From positions 6,076,001 to 6,140,000 of the forward strand of contig OZ024753.1 of assembly GCA_964016885.1 (NCBI GenBank): a stretch of DNA of 64,000 nt. The letters are read 5' to 3'. This DNA is from Eledone cirrhosa. Lineage: Eukaryota. Below, in pieces: positions 62,413-64,000 of this stretch (position 1 is its first letter; each line of letters opens with the position of its first letter). The position numbers and the translations under genes are program-made. The notes beneath the pieces were generated by a model. It had not been told where the DNA came from and made no database searches. It saw only the letters and a list, made by a program, of their open reading frames with translations.

Positions 62413-62420
62413 ATGAAATG
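62413..62420 (+). CDS. Candidate first coding exon (ATG AAA TG | GTAAGT)
   Basis: Consensus donor with a phase-2 junction compatible with the exon at 62876; CCGGAAGT (ETS-like) motif ~85 nt upstream. Confidence 0.3.
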
Positions 62421-62875
62421 GTAAGTTAATAATTACTAAACCAGAATTATTACTAAGTGTGTGTAATTGTGTTATGTATTAATTCTATCCCCTTAATTTT
62501 CGTTGAATGTCCACACATATATATATTTATATCCACACACATATATATTTTTATGATGCATATATGTGAATATGAGGTAGTAGGTATACGAAAAATATTA
62601 TTGATATCCCGTTAGACCAACGGAATAAATGATTTGGGTCATTTGTTTTGGCTTCTTATCTTCTGAATTCAAATCCTGCCGTGGTCATTTTTTAACTTTC
62701 ATCGTTCCTGCGATGGGGGAGGGGAAAAGTGCATATAATACCTATCAATTTTTAGGGTCTATATAATCAGCTCTCCCACCATCCCTTTAACATTATTTTT
62801 ACTAAAGTTATTGGTATATAAGTTTTTTTTTCCTATTTTATTTTGTTACTTTTTACAACATTAAATTTATTGCAG

Positions 62876-63042
62876 TATCGCAGGAAATAACTATGGTGGT
62901 TTTACTGTGACTGACGTCGCCAAAATTTGCACTGAGCTTAACACGGATTTACTTACGGACATATATGGATATCTACGATATTTGCACGGACAGGAATCTA
63001 CGTGCTTGAACATAAACAAGTGGAATTATGGTCACCATTTAG
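62876..63042 (+). CDS. Candidate coding exon of an unidentified host gene
   Basis: T-rich tract with TTGCAG acceptor, open frame IAGNNYGGFTVTDVAKICTELNTDLLTDIYGYLRYLHGQESTCLNINKWNYGHHL, and AG|GTAAGT donor; GC content higher than flanks. Confidence 0.5.
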
Positions 63043-63558
63043 GTAAGTCCTTTGTTAATAGCTTTTGGATTAATATACTGTAAATACACAGCAAACATTC
63101 ACGAACTAACGCAATTTATTTCATTTTTATTTTCATTACATTTGTCTATATTTTGTTCTTTATATGTGACATAATGATAGAAATTAGTGTTGTTCCTCCA
63201 CATTCAGAATAAATATACTGATCCTCTTTGTATTTGTGTATAAATTGAACCGAATATCCTATTGCCTTATGTGTTGTAACTATTATATCTTATACGTATA
63301 TATATATATATATAATATATGTATATATACATAGATATATATATGTCACATGAATACATCAATTTCAGTTAAAGGACTAACATGTATATATATATATAAT
63401 GTGTGTGTGTGTGTATAATGTCACAAGAATACAATCTCACAGTTACAGGACTAACATTTATACACACATATATATATATATATATATATACATATATATG
63501 TATTTGTGTTCATAGATGTGTGTGTATACATTTTTGTATACATATATATTTATCTGCC

Positions 63559-63593
<35 letters not shown>

Positions 63594-63729
63594 TGTGTGT
63601 GTATGCAAGTATGTACGTGTACTCACACGCTATCATTCACGTCACATCTACTCTTCAATATTATGTTCCCTCCAAGTTTTCATATTTCTATATATCTATA
63701 TATATGTAGCCTTTGATATTTAAAATACT

Positions 63730-63819
63730 AATATATCTACCGGCGGCTTCACTACCCCCTTAGGCTCCATTGACCCCCATACCATTCCCCACCCCCACCC
63801 CACACTTTGAGAACCTCTG
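63730..63819. mobile_element. Possible hAT-type MITE terminus
   Basis: CCCCACACTTTGAGAACCTCTG resembles the hAT/Charlie terminal motif (RC CAGRGGTTCTCAAAGTGTGG). Confidence 0.4.
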
Positions 63820-64000
63820 ATATAGTACAATTCTCTCCCTGGACTAAATGGCAGGCCACCATCGCAGGATTAAACCCTGAGCTATTGCTGGCATTTATAT
63901 TTTCGACTGAGTACAATGAAGCAATGTAAAATATACTTTGCTCCGAAAACACGGATGTTTTACAAAAAACTCCACGCAGGCGTGTGTCCATCCTATAAAG

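Overview
AT-rich, repeat-dominated animal DNA. It is most likely a cephalopod (Octopus-like) genome, inferred from the abundant tRNA-derived SINE families, RTE/Dong-R4/CR1 LINE relics and multi-kb (TA)n/(TATG)n arrays. Nearly all ORFs in the supplied track are microsatellite artefacts. Real protein-coding signal: a disabled, intronless MAK16 copy (4767-5687); a 5'-truncated CR1-group LINE with an uninterrupted RT, inserted inside a (TA)n array (46612-49083); several decayed RTE and Dong/R4 fragments; a Penelope-type GIY-YIG fragment (26304-26450); and a few candidate host exons. The main unexplained signal is a dense, multi-family population of short elements carrying type I hammerhead ribozyme motifs (CUGANGA...GAAA...NUH with pairing stems). 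About a dozen are well formed, and more are decayed. Many have palindromic minimal stem III, several have very long stem II hairpins, many sit in head-to-head fold-back palindromes, and they typically end at (TA)n tracts, often about 50 nt after a shared TYGAGTRC-like motif. One lies directly downstream of the GIY-YIG relic, which links the population to Penelope-like pLTRs or retrozyme-like elements. All structures were paired by eye; no activity or database identity was tested.
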